Shown here piece by piece: positions 9,476 to 19,925 of a stretch of 64,000 nucleotides of DNA. Both the position numbers and the translations under genes were made by a program. A model generated the notes under the pieces. That model did no database searches and was not told where the DNA came from. It saw only the letters and a program-made list of their open reading frames with translations. Each line of letters starts with the position of its first letter. The stretch's first letter is position 1. The DNA is taken from the NCBI GenBank assembly GCA_963745235.1, contig CAVUXE010000009.1, forward strand, positions 160,001 through 224,000, in the 5' to 3' direction. Source of the DNA: an uncultured Spirochaetota bacterium. GTDB lineage: Bacteria > Spirochaetota > Spirochaetia > SZUA-6 > Fen-1364.

Positions 9476-10506
9476 CCTGATAGAGAGACTTCCGAAGGCG
9501 GAGCTGCATCTCCACCTCGAGGGGACCATATCCCCGGAGACTCTCTGGGCCATGGCGGCGGCCAACCATGTCGCGCTCCCGGTCAGCTCCTTTCCCGAGC
9601 TGCAGGGCCTCTACCGGTTCACGAGCTTCGATTCATTCATCGAGCTGTGGCTCCTCATGTGCTCATGCCTGCGGACCGGCGAGTGACTACGAGCGCATGG
9701 TGGACGGCTTTCTTGCGGAGTGCTCCCGGCAGAACATCCGCTACGCCGAAGTGCACTTCACCCCGTACAACCACGAAAGGCTCGGCATCGGCGGGCGTCG
9801 CGCCCTGGAGATTGTCAGCAGGAAGCTGATGAGCTCCGAATCGGCGGGAGGGCCCGTGGTGAGGCTCATCACCGACATTTCCGGCGAATCGGCGGCCACG
9901 AGCGCGCCTTATACAATTCAGCTGCTCGAACAGGAGGCGCACCCGCTCATTGTCGCCCTGGGGCTTGGAGGGCCCGAGGTTGGATTGCCTCGAAGCGATT
10001 TTGCTGCCTGGTTCGATCGCGCTCGCAGGGCCGGCTACGCCGTTGTGGCCCACGCGGGGGAAACCGGGGGCGCCGTGCACGTACGCCAGGCCGTCGTGGA
10101 TCTTGGTGTGCGCCGCGTGCAGCACGGTGTACGGGCAGCGGAAGATCCCGAGGTTCTTGACCTGCTTGCACAGAGGCGAATCTGCTGCGATATCGCCCTC
10201 ACCAGCAATGAGTGCCTCAAAGTCGTGCCTTCCGTGGCGGCCCATCCGCTTCCCCGCTTCCTTGCCGCCGGCGTGCCGGTCACCCTCTCTACCGACGATC
10301 CGCCGTTCTTCTCCACCGACCTCATCCGCGAATGGCGGCGAGCCCGTGATGAGGTGGGGCTGAGCACGCGCGAGCTGTGGCAGCTCAACCTGAACGGGCT
10401 TCGCTTCGGCCTTGCTGACACGGCCACCCGCAGGCGCCTTCTCCTTGAGTTTCAAGAGGCCGCTGCCCGCCTGGATTCCCAGCTCGCTCCCTCCCCATCC
10501 GCCTGA
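9468..10506 (+). CDS. add: Adenosine deaminase family protein, frameshifted near 9680
   Basis: LPKAELHLHLEG in ORF 9468..9686; AHAGE, RVQHGV and STDDP in ORF 9568..10506. Confidence 0.85.
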
Positions 10507-10580
10507 CCCATCCAACCCGTTACCCGCCGCGTATCTAGTACCCGGGCTTGCAGATGCAGGGCCCGAGGAGGTTCAAGAAC

Positions 10581-11066
10581 ATGAAGCGGACGATTGTCCT
10601 GTTTGTTTCGCTCCTGGTTGCTGGCGCGGCCTTCGCGTCAGGATCAGGCGGAGGAGGAGGCGCGGGGGGCGGCGGGATGGGGGTGAGCAAGTCGAGTGGA
10701 CCCAGCAGCGCAACTGACTGGTACAACGCCGGCTACTCGGCTTCAGACGCGGGCAAGTACCAGGAGGCAATCAGCGACTTCAAGACGGCCATCTCCATGA
10801 AGTCGGACTACGCGGAAGCCTACAACATGCTGGGGTTCTGTACGAGAAAGCTCGGCAACGTGAACGAGGCGTTTGCCTACTATGAGAAGGCCTTGAAGCT
10901 GAAGCCGAACTTCCCCGAGGCCCGCGAGTACTACGGCGAGGCGTATCTCCAGGAAGGCAATCTCGCAAAAGCGGTCCAGCAATACATCATCCTCGAAAAG
11001 GCGGGGAACAAGAACGCCCGCGAGCTTCTTGAAAAAATCGAGGAGTTCGTGAACCAGAAGTCGTGA
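10581..11066 (+). CDS. Secreted tetratricopeptide-repeat protein with Gly-rich linker
   Basis: Signal peptide; AEAYNMLG and PEAREYYGEAY TPR repeats; GAGGAGG RBS. Confidence 0.85.
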   Translation: MKRTIVLFVSLLVAGAAFASGSGGGGGAGGGGMGVSKSSGPSSATDWYNAGYSASDAGKYQEAISDFKTAISMKSDYAEAYNMLGFCTRKLGNVNEAFAYYEKALKLKPNFPEAREYYGEAYLQEGNLAKAVQQYIILEKAGNKNARELLEKIEEFVNQKS

Positions 11067-11080
11067 CGCAGGGAACCTTT

Positions 11081-11600
11081 ATGGGGCTTCGAAAGATACT
11101 GTTCGTGGTCCTTGCGGTCGCGGCGGTGACCGCCTGCCAGATGGGCGGCGGCATGTACGGGGGCTCGTACGGAGGCAGCGGTGGAGGAGGCACGGTGAAG
11201 GGACCCGGCTACAAGGGATCGAACATGGCCGGCATCGCGGTCTCAGGCTTCGCCTTCTCGCCGAGCTCCGTGACTTTCCAAGCAAAGTCGGGTGTCACCG
11301 TGACGTGGATGAACTATGACGGGGTCACTCATAACGTCACCGCGGATGGAGGCCTTTTTGGCGGCACCGGGACTGGCGACATGGCGCCGAACGGCAGCGT
11401 ACAGCTTTATGGTGCCAACTGGCACGGCGCCGGGCTCGTACACCTATCACTGCAGGATTCATACTTATATGACCGGCGTCATCAATGTTCAGTCAGGATC
11501 GGCCGGAGGAGCCCTCATCAGGCCTGCGGGCCGGCGGGCTCCTGGTCCAGGATGCGCTCATCGTTTCTGGAAACGATACTGTGCCCCGGCGGGACGATGA
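11081..11600 (+). CDS. Plastocyanin/cupredoxin-like lipoprotein, frameshifted near 11395; 3' end uncertain
   Basis: Lipobox VTAC, FAFSP and THNV in one frame; GSYTYHCRIHTYMTGVINV (C-x2-H-x2-M type-1 Cu ligands) in the 11316..11600 frame. Confidence 0.7.
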
Positions 11601-12342
11601 CGAAATCATCGTCCCACGGGCCATTGAAGAGCTTCTCAAGCAGCGACATGTTCCCCTTGCGGACCTCGAGCTGCCATCCCCGTTGCGCCGCGTCCCGGCG
11701 CGCGGCCTCAATGAAAGCCCCTTCGTTGCAGATGTCCATGTGCAGGTAAAGAAACCTGTCGTAGTTTTTCATCCAGTCTCCGAGGGTCTCGGAGAGGAAG
11801 TCCGCGTTTTCTTTTCCATACTTGCGGACCATTTCTTCGTAGGTTTCCGTCAGTCCGAGCTTGCCCATGACCCCCTGCTGGCCGTACGCGGGCCGGCCGT
11901 ACTCGCGCAGCCCCTGCGGATCTTGCGCGGACCAGCTCTGGTTTCGCTCTGACCACCCGGTGGACAGGTAGTAGGTGCCGGGATGCGCGTCGAAATAGGA
12001 GCGGTACACGTCCCGGGAACCGAACAGGAAGGTGATGCAGTCGTGCGCGCGGGGCACCACAAGCGGGATTCCGCGAGCGGTCACTCCCACAAGGCCGTCG
12101 TTGCATCGGGCATACCCCAGGAGGATGGCCTCATAGCCAGCGGAGGGGTCCACGGCGTCTATCGTCGCCTGGATCTTCGTGACCATGTCCGCCGTCTCCA
12201 GGTCATGGAGACCTTTTCGGAGGAACTCAACGTCCACCTGCGCGGAGGAGGTTGCCGCGAGGTAGCAGGCCTCGCGGTAGATGATCTCGCATCCGATGAA
12301 CTTGAGCTTGCGCGCGTCGAGGTTTCTGCCCATTGCGTTCAT
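11518..12342 (-). CDS. DUF1638 domain protein
   Basis: IGCEII, GLHD, LLGYARC, PRAHDCITFL and GTYYLSTGW motifs. Confidence 0.8.
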   Translation of the reverse strand: MNAMGRNLDARKLKFIGCEIIYREACYLAATSSAQVDVEFLRKGLHDLETADMVTKIQATIDAVDPSAGYEAILLGYARCNDGLVGVTARGIPLVVPRAHDCITFLFGSRDVYRSYFDAHPGTYYLSTGWSERNQSWSAQDPQGLREYGRPAYGQQGVMGKLGLTETYEEMVRKYGKENADFLSETLGDWMKNYDRFLYLHMDICNEGAFIEAARRDAAQRGWQLEVRKGNMSLLEKLFNGPWDDDFVIVPPGHSIVSRNDERILDQEPAGPQA

Positions 12343-12358
12343 TGCAGCTGCTTTCCCG

Positions 12359-13060
12359 TCAGGCAATTTCCAGCTTGATCCGCTTGTTGATCCTGCCCTT
12401 GCTTTCGTAGCCGGTGACCTTGATGGTCCCGACCTCCGTGGTGTTGGCGACATGGGTGCCGCCATCCGCCTGGAGGTCCAGACCGCCGATCTCCACGATG
12501 CGGACCTCCCGGATCCCTTCCGGCAGAAGGTTTATCTTGGTGCGGATCAGGTCAGGTATCTGGAACGCTTCATCACGCGGCAGGACGCGCACCAGGATCG
12601 GGCGCGCGGCGGCCACCTCGGCGTTGATCCTTTTCTCGATCTCAGCCACCAGCTCGCGCTGAAGGGTCTCGAACTCGAAATCCATGCGCCCTTTCAGAGG
12701 CTCCATGTTTCCACCGGTCACCTGGGCCTTCCAGTCACGCCAGACCACGCCGCACAGGATGTGAAACGCGGTGTGAGTCCGCATCAGCTTGTAACGAAGC
12801 TCCCAGTCCAGCTTCCCCCGCACCGGGCTTCCGGCCGCCGGGGGCGCCCCATCCAGCCAGTGCCACACCATGTCTCCCTGCCTGGCCGTGCGCGTCACCG
12901 GGATATCGTTCAGCCATCCCCGATCGCGTGGCTGGCCTCCCCCGCCGGGAAAGAACGCGGTCCTGTCCAGGGCGACGGCCCGCTCTGCGTCGTTGGTCTC
13001 GACCACCAGCGCTTCAAACTCCTTCAGGTACGAGTCGCGATGGCACAAGAGCTCCGTCAT
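12359..13060 (-). CDS. alaX: Free-standing alanyl-tRNA editing protein (AlaX)
   Basis: LDRTAFFPGGGGQP, HTAFH and QADGGTHV motifs. Confidence 0.9.
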   Translation of the reverse strand: MTELLCHRDSYLKEFEALVVETNDAERAVALDRTAFFPGGGGQPRDRGWLNDIPVTRTARQGDMVWHWLDGAPPAAGSPVRGKLDWELRYKLMRTHTAFHILCGVVWRDWKAQVTGGNMEPLKGRMDFEFETLQRELVAEIEKRINAEVAAARPILVRVLPRDEAFQIPDLIRTKINLLPEGIREVRIVEIGGLDLQADGGTHVANTTEVGTIKVTGYESKGRINKRIKLEIA

Positions 13061-13076
13061 CTGGCTTCCCGCATTC

Positions 13077-14054
13077 TCAGCCGTAGTGCTTCATGAACTG
13101 CACCCGTTCATATGCCGCCGGATCCTCGCTCTCCGCCTGGCTCAGCTTGCCCCGGAAGTCGGACAACGCCCGATAGCCGTGGCGTTCCATCCAGTCCGAG
13201 AGGTCCCGCAGCATGACAGCCGCGTGGCCAGCCCCACGTCTGCTCAGGGAGGAGGCAACCTGGACTGCCCTTGCTCCAGCGAGGAGCATCTTGACCAGGC
13301 CCGCGCCATCGTGGACCCCCGTGGACCCGGCAAGATCGCACTGGACGCGTCGGGCCATGAGGGCAATCCATCGAAGCGGCAGGCTGATTTCCTCAGGGGA
13401 GCTCAGGTACGCTTGAGAGGTCACGGCGAGCTTTTCGATGTCGAAGTCGATTGCGTAGAAGCGGTTGAAGAGGACCAGGGCAGAGATGCCCGTGCGGGAG
13501 AGCTGCTGGATCATCTGCGCCAGGGTGGAAAAGTACGGGCTGATCTTCAAAGCCACGGGAATCTTGACCTGCGCAAGGACCCGCTGGATGACAGCAAGGT
13601 AGTCCCTTTCCCGCTCTTCGCTGGTGCGCTTCAGGTCTGAGGGCAGGAAGAACATGTTGAGCTCAAGGCCGTCCGCCCCGGCCTCCTGCAGCTCCTTCGC
13701 GAACGTCACCCACTCATGGGAGTAGGTGCAGTTGATGCTGGCAATGACGGGGATGGCAACCGCCTCTTTTGCCCCCCGTACCAGCTCCACGTAGGATGCG
13801 ATGCGGTCCCCGCGCACCTCGTAGTCATAGTATTCGTAGGACTCCAGGCTCATGCCCTTGGCCTTTGCCTGGGCGACGGCTCCCTCGTATTCCGCCGCGA
13901 TCTCCTCTTCGAAGATCGACTTGAGCACCACGGCCCCCACTCCCCCCGCGGCTGCCTTTTTCACACCGTCCACGGTGGCCGTGAGGGCAGAGCTGCCCGC
14001 AACCAGGGGGTTGGCGAGCGCAAGTCCCATGTACTTAGTTCCCAGGTCGAGCAT
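13077..14054 (-). CDS. Dihydroorotate dehydrogenase-like protein
   Basis: LANPLVAGSS, VLKSIFEEEI, LKISPYF, VLFNRF and YERVQFMK, typical of the DHOD-like family. Confidence 0.85.
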   Translation of the reverse strand: MLDLGTKYMGLALANPLVAGSSALTATVDGVKKAAAGGVGAVVLKSIFEEEIAAEYEGAVAQAKAKGMSLESYEYYDYEVRGDRIASYVELVRGAKEAVAIPVIASINCTYSHEWVTFAKELQEAGADGLELNMFFLPSDLKRTSEERERDYLAVIQRVLAQVKIPVALKISPYFSTLAQMIQQLSRTGISALVLFNRFYAIDFDIEKLAVTSQAYLSSPEEISLPLRWIALMARRVQCDLAGSTGVHDGAGLVKMLLAGARAVQVASSLSRRGAGHAAVMLRDLSDWMERHGYRALSDFRGKLSQAESEDPAAYERVQFMKHYG

Positions 14055-14092
14055 CAGTTTCCCCCATGATCAGTCCGCGCCCGAAGACGGGC

Positions 14093-14584
14093 TCAGGTCC
14101 TTTTTTCCTCGAAAACACCCAGCTCGCGGTTCTTCCGCACGCGATCCCAGGCGAACAGCCGGCCGTTCATGGCGATGTAGACCCCTCGGGGAACCAGCTG
14201 CACCGCCATGAGCGAACAGCCGAGGTTGAACACGGCATCAGAGTTGCTGAAGACATAGGGCACCATGGCGCCCGTCATGACGATGGTCTTTGCAAGACCG
14301 GCGCCGCCAAGCACCTCCGCGGTCTCCGCCATGGTATCCGTGCCGTGCGTGATGACAATCCGCTCCTCCGCAGCGCGGCGGCACGATTCCAGGATGGAGA
14401 GCCTGTTGGCGGTCTGCATGTCCAGGCTGTCGATGAGCTGGTTGAGCTCCAGCTCGATGGGGACCGTGCAGCGCACGAACTTCAGGATCTCCGGCAGGTG
14501 GGTGTCCCGGAAGGTGAGGCTGCCGCGTATCTCGTCGTACGCCTTGTCGAAGGTGCCGCCGGTGATGATGATCCGGATAGTCAC
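14093..14584 (-). CDS. Short asparaginase-domain protein
   Basis: TGGTFDK, THGTDTM and SDAVFNLG motifs. Confidence 0.88.
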   Translation of the reverse strand: MTIRIIITGGTFDKAYDEIRGSLTFRDTHLPEILKFVRCTVPIELELNQLIDSLDMQTANRLSILESCRRAAEERIVITHGTDTMAETAEVLGGAGLAKTIVMTGAMVPYVFSNSDAVFNLGCSLMAVQLVPRGVYIAMNGRLFAWDRVRKNRELGVFEEKRT

Positions 14585-14747
14585 GTGACCTGATGGTGAC
14601 GGAAGAGGCCTTTTTTTTCAAGCGCGGCGGTCGCGCACCCGCCATTGAACGCAGGGCCGGAAGTTCCTGTACAAGCCCATCTGCTGGAATTGTCGTCTTG
14701 CCCGATTGCCAAAGGTGAATCTGTCTACTAAGCTGTTGCGGACGCCG

Positions 14748-15734
14748 ATGAAACAACCCCGTGTCGTACAATTCCCTCGGGCTCGCAGGGTAGACGGTTG
14801 GTGGAAAGACCAGATAATCTGCGGGGATTCGCTCGAAATCCTGAAGGCAATGCCGAGTGAGACAGTTCATCTGGCTATCACTTCACCCCCGTACAACGTT
14901 GGCCTGGATTACGATGCACATAACGACAGGATGCCGTATGACGACTACCTGAGCTGGCTCGCTGAGTTCTGGAAGGAGCTTCATCGCGTTCTCGTCAATG
15001 GAGGGAGATTCGCGCTGAACATCGCTCCCACCAGCATCAAGGACTTCCGTCCAATTCACTACGACATGGCGCGAGACCTCATGAAGCTCGGATTCATCAT
15101 GCGCACGGAAATACTCTGGTACAAGCAGACAATGCGGCGCCGTACGGCTTGGGGATCATGGAGAAGTCCTCGTAATCCCCACATGGTGCCAAGCTGGGAG
15201 TACGTGCTCGTATTCTGCAAAGGATCCTGGACCCTCGAGGGAAACAAAGAGGATGCGGATATTTCCTCCGAGGAGTTTATCAAGTACTCTGATGCATTTT
15301 GGACGATCCCACCTGAGACTCGGGGTCGACAACCTTTCCTCCGTAGTCTCTACCCGCCTCGACGGGGAAGGAAGGCTCCAGAAGAGAAGTCCGAAGGACA
15401 TCCCGCCCCCTTCCCCGAAGAACTGATAAAACGGCTTATCAAGTTCTATAGCTATCGCGGAAATGTAATAATGGATCCCTTCGGCGGGACAGGCACGGTT
15501 GCCGCAGTGGCTAAACGACACGGTCGTCACTTTGTACACATGGATATTTCCAAGAAATACTCGTTGATCGCTGCTGAGCGAGTCGCAGCCGAGACTATAC
15601 CCCTGTTCGACAATTTATCTTCAACGGGTGTTGAGGCCGAACCGGTACTTCACCGAACCGAAGAAAGACCCGCGATTCACCGCTTTCTTAGCCGACTCAA
15701 AAGGCGTGATCCACTCCCCGAAGAAAGCGGATAA
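14748..15734 (+). CDS. Site-specific DNA methyltransferase, beta class (probably N4-cytosine)
   Basis: TSPPY (motif IV) precedes HPAPFP and DPFGGTGT (motif I). Confidence 0.92.
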   Translation: MKQPRVVQFPRARRVDGWWKDQIICGDSLEILKAMPSETVHLAITSPPYNVGLDYDAHNDRMPYDDYLSWLAEFWKELHRVLVNGGRFALNIAPTSIKDFRPIHYDMARDLMKLGFIMRTEILWYKQTMRRRTAWGSWRSPRNPHMVPSWEYVLVFCKGSWTLEGNKEDADISSEEFIKYSDAFWTIPPETRGRQPFLRSLYPPRRGRKAPEEKSEGHPAPFPEELIKRLIKFYSYRGNVIMDPFGGTGTVAAVAKRHGRHFVHMDISKKYSLIAAERVAAETIPLFDNLSSTGVEAEPVLHRTEERPAIHRFLSRLKRRDPLPEESG

Positions 15735-16534
15735 TGACGGTCTCTGATTCCTACAGAATCATCAAAGATCACTTGAAAGACTTCGGCGAAAATCCAGTGG
15801 CGGATGTAGGGAAGATTACCACGCTCGTTCAGGGCATCGGGATTCCTCCCAAGGAGGTCATGAAAACAGTCCAAGAAGTCTATATTGCTCATTACCTGGC
15901 GGTGAAAGGCGGTGACGCAAACAAGGCGCGACAAAGTTGGGTTGCCGCGAGCGGAAACAACTTCGAGGAGTTCATGCGCTTCTTCATCAACGTTGCCCTC
16001 AACCCCGAGGGCATTCTCGCCGTGAAGGGAGATCGGCTGCGGCAAAAGCCTTCCGCCGCAAATATCGTGGGCTTTCTGACTCTCAAGGCCAATCGTCGGT
16101 GTACTCAGACAACGACCGGAGTCTGGCCGGATTCAGACATCGTAGTCCTCACCAGAGAGAAGGAAGGCACCCTCAAAGCCTTTGCGCTGCTCAATTGCAA
16201 GACCAGCGATCATAGTCGAAACGATGCCGTGTTGTTCTGGGCTTTGGCGTTGAGAGACAACAACATCAGGTACTGCCTGCTGACTCAGGATCTTGACAAT
16301 AAGTTTGTCAGAGGCGACGAGGATCCGCGGACCAGCAGTCTTCGAAAGAAGGCTGAAGCGTTTCTGGACAGGGTGTATTCGACCAACCCTGCCACAGTGG
16401 AATGCTCCCAGGTCAGGCGACTTGACTTCAAGACCCCCGGCGGCGCGGAGTCTCTTCTCAGTGATCTTCGTCGTTGGCGCCAGGATGTGGTGCCGGATTT
16501 CACTACTGGAGTGCTGAAAGAAGACTTGATCTAG
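15734..16534 (+). CDS. Putative type II restriction endonuclease, BsaWI/Cfr10I-like PD-(D/E)xK fold
   Basis: QSW...GNNFE, PDSDIVV and NCKTS motifs; TAATG coupling to the MTase; both genes visibly AT-richer than the flanks. Confidence 0.7.
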   Translation: MTVSDSYRIIKDHLKDFGENPVADVGKITTLVQGIGIPPKEVMKTVQEVYIAHYLAVKGGDANKARQSWVAASGNNFEEFMRFFINVALNPEGILAVKGDRLRQKPSAANIVGFLTLKANRRCTQTTTGVWPDSDIVVLTREKEGTLKAFALLNCKTSDHSRNDAVLFWALALRDNNIRYCLLTQDLDNKFVRGDEDPRTSSLRKKAEAFLDRVYSTNPATVECSQVRRLDFKTPGGAESLLSDLRRWRQDVVPDFTTGVLKEDLI

Positions 16535-16597
16535 CCAACAGGACGGTATTCCCAGCTCGAGAGCTATTTGGAGGGAGGGACGAGATTATGGTGTCCT

Positions 16598-17326
16598 TCA
16601 AAGACCTCGGAACACCGGACCATCCATGCACACGAGCCTTCCTCCGTGCTCGCATGCCCCGCAGAGCCCTATCCCGCAGCGCATATACGCCTCATGGGAC
16701 ATCTCCGCAGCCACCCCCGCGCCCCGGCACGCCGCAGTCAGCGCTTCCAGCATGGACTCCGGCCCGCAGGCGCGCACGTGGGAGAAACCTTCCGCGGACA
16801 GGAGTGGAGTGACAATATCCGTGACGAGTCCACGCGTGCCTTCGGTGCCGTCCTCGGTTGCCGCGTGGACGGGCACGCCGAGTGAGGAAAAGCGCCGGGT
16901 GAAAAGAAGGTCCTCCGCGGTTCGGGCGCCCAGAGCGGCCTCGACGCGGCATCCCGGGCTGGCCGCCAGGAGCCTCTCCGCCAGAAACGCAAGGGGCGCC
17001 GCGCCATAGCCTCCGCCCACAAGAAGGGTGCTTTCCCGCTCCAGGGAAAAGCCCGTCCCGAAAGGACCGCGAACCCAGAGGGTATCGCCAGGCCTGAGAG
17101 CGTGAAGGGCGTCGCTGAAGGGCCCCACCCGGGAGACAGTGAACATGAGAGGGTCGCCCCCGGAGATGCTGAAAGGCTTCTCATCCGCGCCGGGAAGCCA
17201 GAGCATCCCAAACTGCCCCGGCGCGCAGGCCATTGATCCGTCCAGAACAAGGGAGATCGTCTTTGCGTTCTCCGAGATCCTCTCCCGGATCCGAAAAGGC
17301 CGGGGGGCGCCGCCGGCCCTATCCAT
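16598..17326 (-). CDS. pyrK: Dihydroorotate dehydrogenase electron-transfer subunit
   Basis: [21 protein letters not shown] and CGIGLCGAC...VCMDGPVF motifs. Confidence 0.9.
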   Translation of the reverse strand: MDRAGGAPRPFRIRERISENAKTISLVLDGSMACAPGQFGMLWLPGADEKPFSISGGDPLMFTVSRVGPFSDALHALRPGDTLWVRGPFGTGFSLERESTLLVGGGYGAAPLAFLAERLLAASPGCRVEAALGARTAEDLLFTRRFSSLGVPVHAATEDGTEGTRGLVTDIVTPLLSAEGFSHVRACGPESMLEALTAACRGAGVAAEMSHEAYMRCGIGLCGACEHGGRLVCMDGPVFRGL

Positions 17327-18326
17327 GAGGCCTCTCCCAGTCGGGAATGGGGGGAGGCGTCGTGACAACCGCACCGTGTCGGAGCGCCCGGGTTCTCCCC
17401 CGAATCTGCTCCAGGCAGGTAGTGCCGCGCTTATCCAGCCAGGCGGAAAGCTCCTCTCGGATCAGGGAGAAGACTTCACCGCCGCGGTAGAAGACCGCTG
17501 ACCCGACGCCCACGGCCGTTGCGCCGGCGGATATCATCTCAACCGCATCAAGGCCGGTGAGCACTCCACCGGTCCCGATGATGGGGACGCCGACCACGGA
17601 CGCAATGTCGAACACGCAGCGCAGCGCTATGGGCTTGAGGGCGGGCCCCGAGATCCCTCCGGTTTCGTTGGCAAGCACCGGGGCGCCTGACTCCGCGTCG
17701 ATCAGCATGCCCGGCATGGTATTGATGGCGGTGATTGCATCAGCGCCGGCTTCCACCACCGCGCGCGCAATCTCCCCGATATCGTGCACGTTGGGTGACA
17801 GCTTCACCAGGCAGGGCAGCGACGTCACCTTCTTGACCGTTGCCGTCACCTCCGCAGCCGCCGACGGTGAGGCGGCGAACATCTCCCCATGCTCGGCTCC
17901 GAGGTTCGGACAGGACACGTTCAGCTCGATCATGTCAGGGCTCGCCTGCGCGAGCAGCGCGGCTGCCTGCGCGAAGCCTTCCGCCGTGTCCGCGGAAAGG
18001 CTTGCGATGAGCGGGACCCGCAGCGGCCGAAGGCGTCGCGATGCCTCCCGCAGCAGCTCCAGCTCCTCCATCACGCCAGGATTGGGAAGCCCCATGGCGT
18101 TTATCAGTCCCTGCCCCCAGTCCACTGCGGTGGGGTTTCTGTGACCGCGCCGGGGCGCGGGAGTGCATGTCTTGGCGGTGACGGCACCCGCGCCGCTTCG
18201 CGCGGCGCGCTCCAGCAGGGAAGGGGAAGTGCCCCAGATGCCGGAGGCAAGGACAAGCGGCGTGGGGAGCCGGATGTCAGCGATCCGGCAGGAAAGGTCA
18301 GCGGATCCCGAGGGCCGAGCGCACAT
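17319..18326 (-). CDS. pyrD: Dihydroorotate dehydrogenase class 1B catalytic subunit
   Basis: [26 protein letters not shown] and GGISG motifs; adjacent to pyrK. Confidence 0.9.
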   Translation of the reverse strand: MCARPSGSADLSCRIADIRLPTPLVLASGIWGTSPSLLERAARSGAGAVTAKTCTPAPRRGHRNPTAVDWGQGLINAMGLPNPGVMEELELLREASRRLRPLRVPLIASLSADTAEGFAQAAALLAQASPDMIELNVSCPNLGAEHGEMFAASPSAAAEVTATVKKVTSLPCLVKLSPNVHDIGEIARAVVEAGADAITAINTMPGMLIDAESGAPVLANETGGISGPALKPIALRCVFDIASVVGVPIIGTGGVLTGLDAVEMISAGATAVGVGSAVFYRGGEVFSLIREELSAWLDKRGTTCLEQIRGRTRALRHGAVVTTPPPIPDWERPHG

Positions 18327-19707
18327 CCGAGCGTACCGCCTCAGCAATCCGTCCGTGGCGCACCAGGACGTCCAGGAGCGCGCTGACGGTCATGACGGAA
18401 TGAAGCTCGAGGCCTTTGGCGGCGAGCTCGCTTTTTCCTCCCTGTTCCCTGTCCACGAGCACCACCACGTCGTTGATTTTCAGCCCCGCTGACACCAGCG
18501 GCTCCATCGCCTCGATCTTGCTGGCCCCGGTGGTGATCAAGTCGTCCAGCACCACCACCGTGTCCCCGGCGGCGTAAGCCCCCTCGATCCCCTTCCTGGT
18601 TCCGTATTCCTTTACCTCCCTGCGAGGGTAGAGGAGGGGCCGACCACAAGCCATCGCCACCGCCTGTCCGATCGGCAGACCGCCGTACGGGATTGCCGCA
18701 ATCCTGTCGAATCTCAGCCGCGCAAGGACCCCAGCCATCGCGGCGGCCACGGTTGCCATGAGCCGAGGATCGCTCACAAGAAGTCTTAAGTCGATGTAGA
18801 TCGGAGACGTCTGCCCCGATTTCAGCGTGAACTTCCCCACTTTGACCGCGCCCAGCTCATGCAGGCCCAGGGCAATCTGCTCCGCAAGGCCGCCGTGTCT
18901 CGGCGTCGCATGGTCCTTTCCGTGGGCTGAAGCTCGGCAGGAGTTTATCCTGTCAGACAACTCCCGGGCAGCCGCCCCGGGGTCCGGAGCATTCCAGACC
19001 GCACGGGAGACATTCACCAGCACCCGGCCGCCATCCTGGTCCAGCCCTTCCCGGAGGCTTTCCTCGAGGTCCCCGCCCTGGGCGCCCACGCCGGGGAGGA
19101 GGAACCACATCCCGGGAGCGACTCTCCTGACACCCGCAAGCAGGTGCGGGTATGTTGCGCCTACCACCAGGCCGATATTGCCCTGGCCGTTCCAGTCACA
19201 CGCCATGGCGGCAATCTTCTCATACAGCGGCGCGCCGTCCACGGACAGCTCCTGCAGGTCCCGGGCTCCGGGGTTCGAGGTATGGCAGAGGAGGAACACT
19301 CCCTTGTCTTTCCGGGAGGAGAAGCTTTCCACGCTGTCCCTTCCCAGAAGCGGGCTGGCAGTCACCGCATCCGCTTCGAGCACGTCGAAGCAGGCCTTCG
19401 CGTACGCGTCCGCGGTGGAAGCGATGTCACCCCTCTTTGCATCCAGGATGACGGGCAGGCCTCGGGAGTGCGCGTGCCTGATCGTTTCCCGCAGGATCTC
19501 CAGGCCGGAAGCGCCGCGCGCCTCGTAGAAGGCGGCGTTGGGCTTGCAGGCGCACGCGCTGTGCGCCGCGGCATCGATGATCTTTCGGTTTGTCGGGAGG
19601 ATGTCCTGGGCGGGCACGTCCAACGGAGGATCCAGCCCTATACACAGGAGGGAATTGTTGCGGCGCGAGACATCTGACAGGAACGAAAAGAAGCCTTGCG
19701 TGCTCAT
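18298..19707 (-). CDS. pyrF: Bifunctional OMP decarboxylase / orotate phosphoribosyltransferase (PyrF-PyrE fusion)
   Basis: [17 protein letters not shown] and PGVGAQGG, then FTLKSG...YIDLR and [10 protein letters not shown], in one ORF. Confidence 0.92.
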   Translation of the reverse strand: MSTQGFFSFLSDVSRRNNSLLCIGLDPPLDVPAQDILPTNRKIIDAAAHSACACKPNAAFYEARGASGLEILRETIRHAHSRGLPVILDAKRGDIASTADAYAKACFDVLEADAVTASPLLGRDSVESFSSRKDKGVFLLCHTSNPGARDLQELSVDGAPLYEKIAAMACDWNGQGNIGLVVGATYPHLLAGVRRVAPGMWFLLPGVGAQGGDLEESLREGLDQDGGRVLVNVSRAVWNAPDPGAAARELSDRINSCRASAHGKDHATPRHGGLAEQIALGLHELGAVKVGKFTLKSGQTSPIYIDLRLLVSDPRLMATVAAAMAGVLARLRFDRIAAIPYGGLPIGQAVAMACGRPLLYPRREVKEYGTRKGIEGAYAAGDTVVVLDDLITTGASKIEAMEPLVSAGLKINDVVVLVDREQGGKSELAAKGLELHSVMTVSALLDVLVRHGRIAEAVRSDVRSALGIR

Positions 19708-19925
19708 GCCGTTGACTCGGAGGATACGGGGATGAGCTGTCTTGATCAAGGCCATCGGGCCGGCCACCGGGCCGGCCGCTCGCTCGGAACAGGAAACGCT
19801 TGTGCAGGGGACGCCCGTGCCGTACTGTAGCATGATTTTACAAAAGCCTGCCCGGCAATATACAAGACGGGCGCACCCGCCGCGCCCATACTTGCCGCGC
19901 GACACCGAAGCTGGAGGTTGGACTG

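Noticed and set aside
9660-9700. Possible programmed frameshift in add and the other split genes
   Set aside because: No slippery heptamer or stimulator is seen, and the indels are scattered over unrelated genes.
12440-12480. AlaX zinc motif DGGTH instead of CGGTH
   Set aside because: From recall this is a common variant in free-standing AlaX proteins.
14585-16597. Mobile-element hallmarks around the R-M cassette
   Set aside because: No integrase, transposase, tRNA or flanking direct repeats were seen.
19740-19925. Search for a ZTP or THF riboswitch before fhs, or a PyrR attenuator before pyrF
   Set aside because: No signature sequences or terminator are visible.
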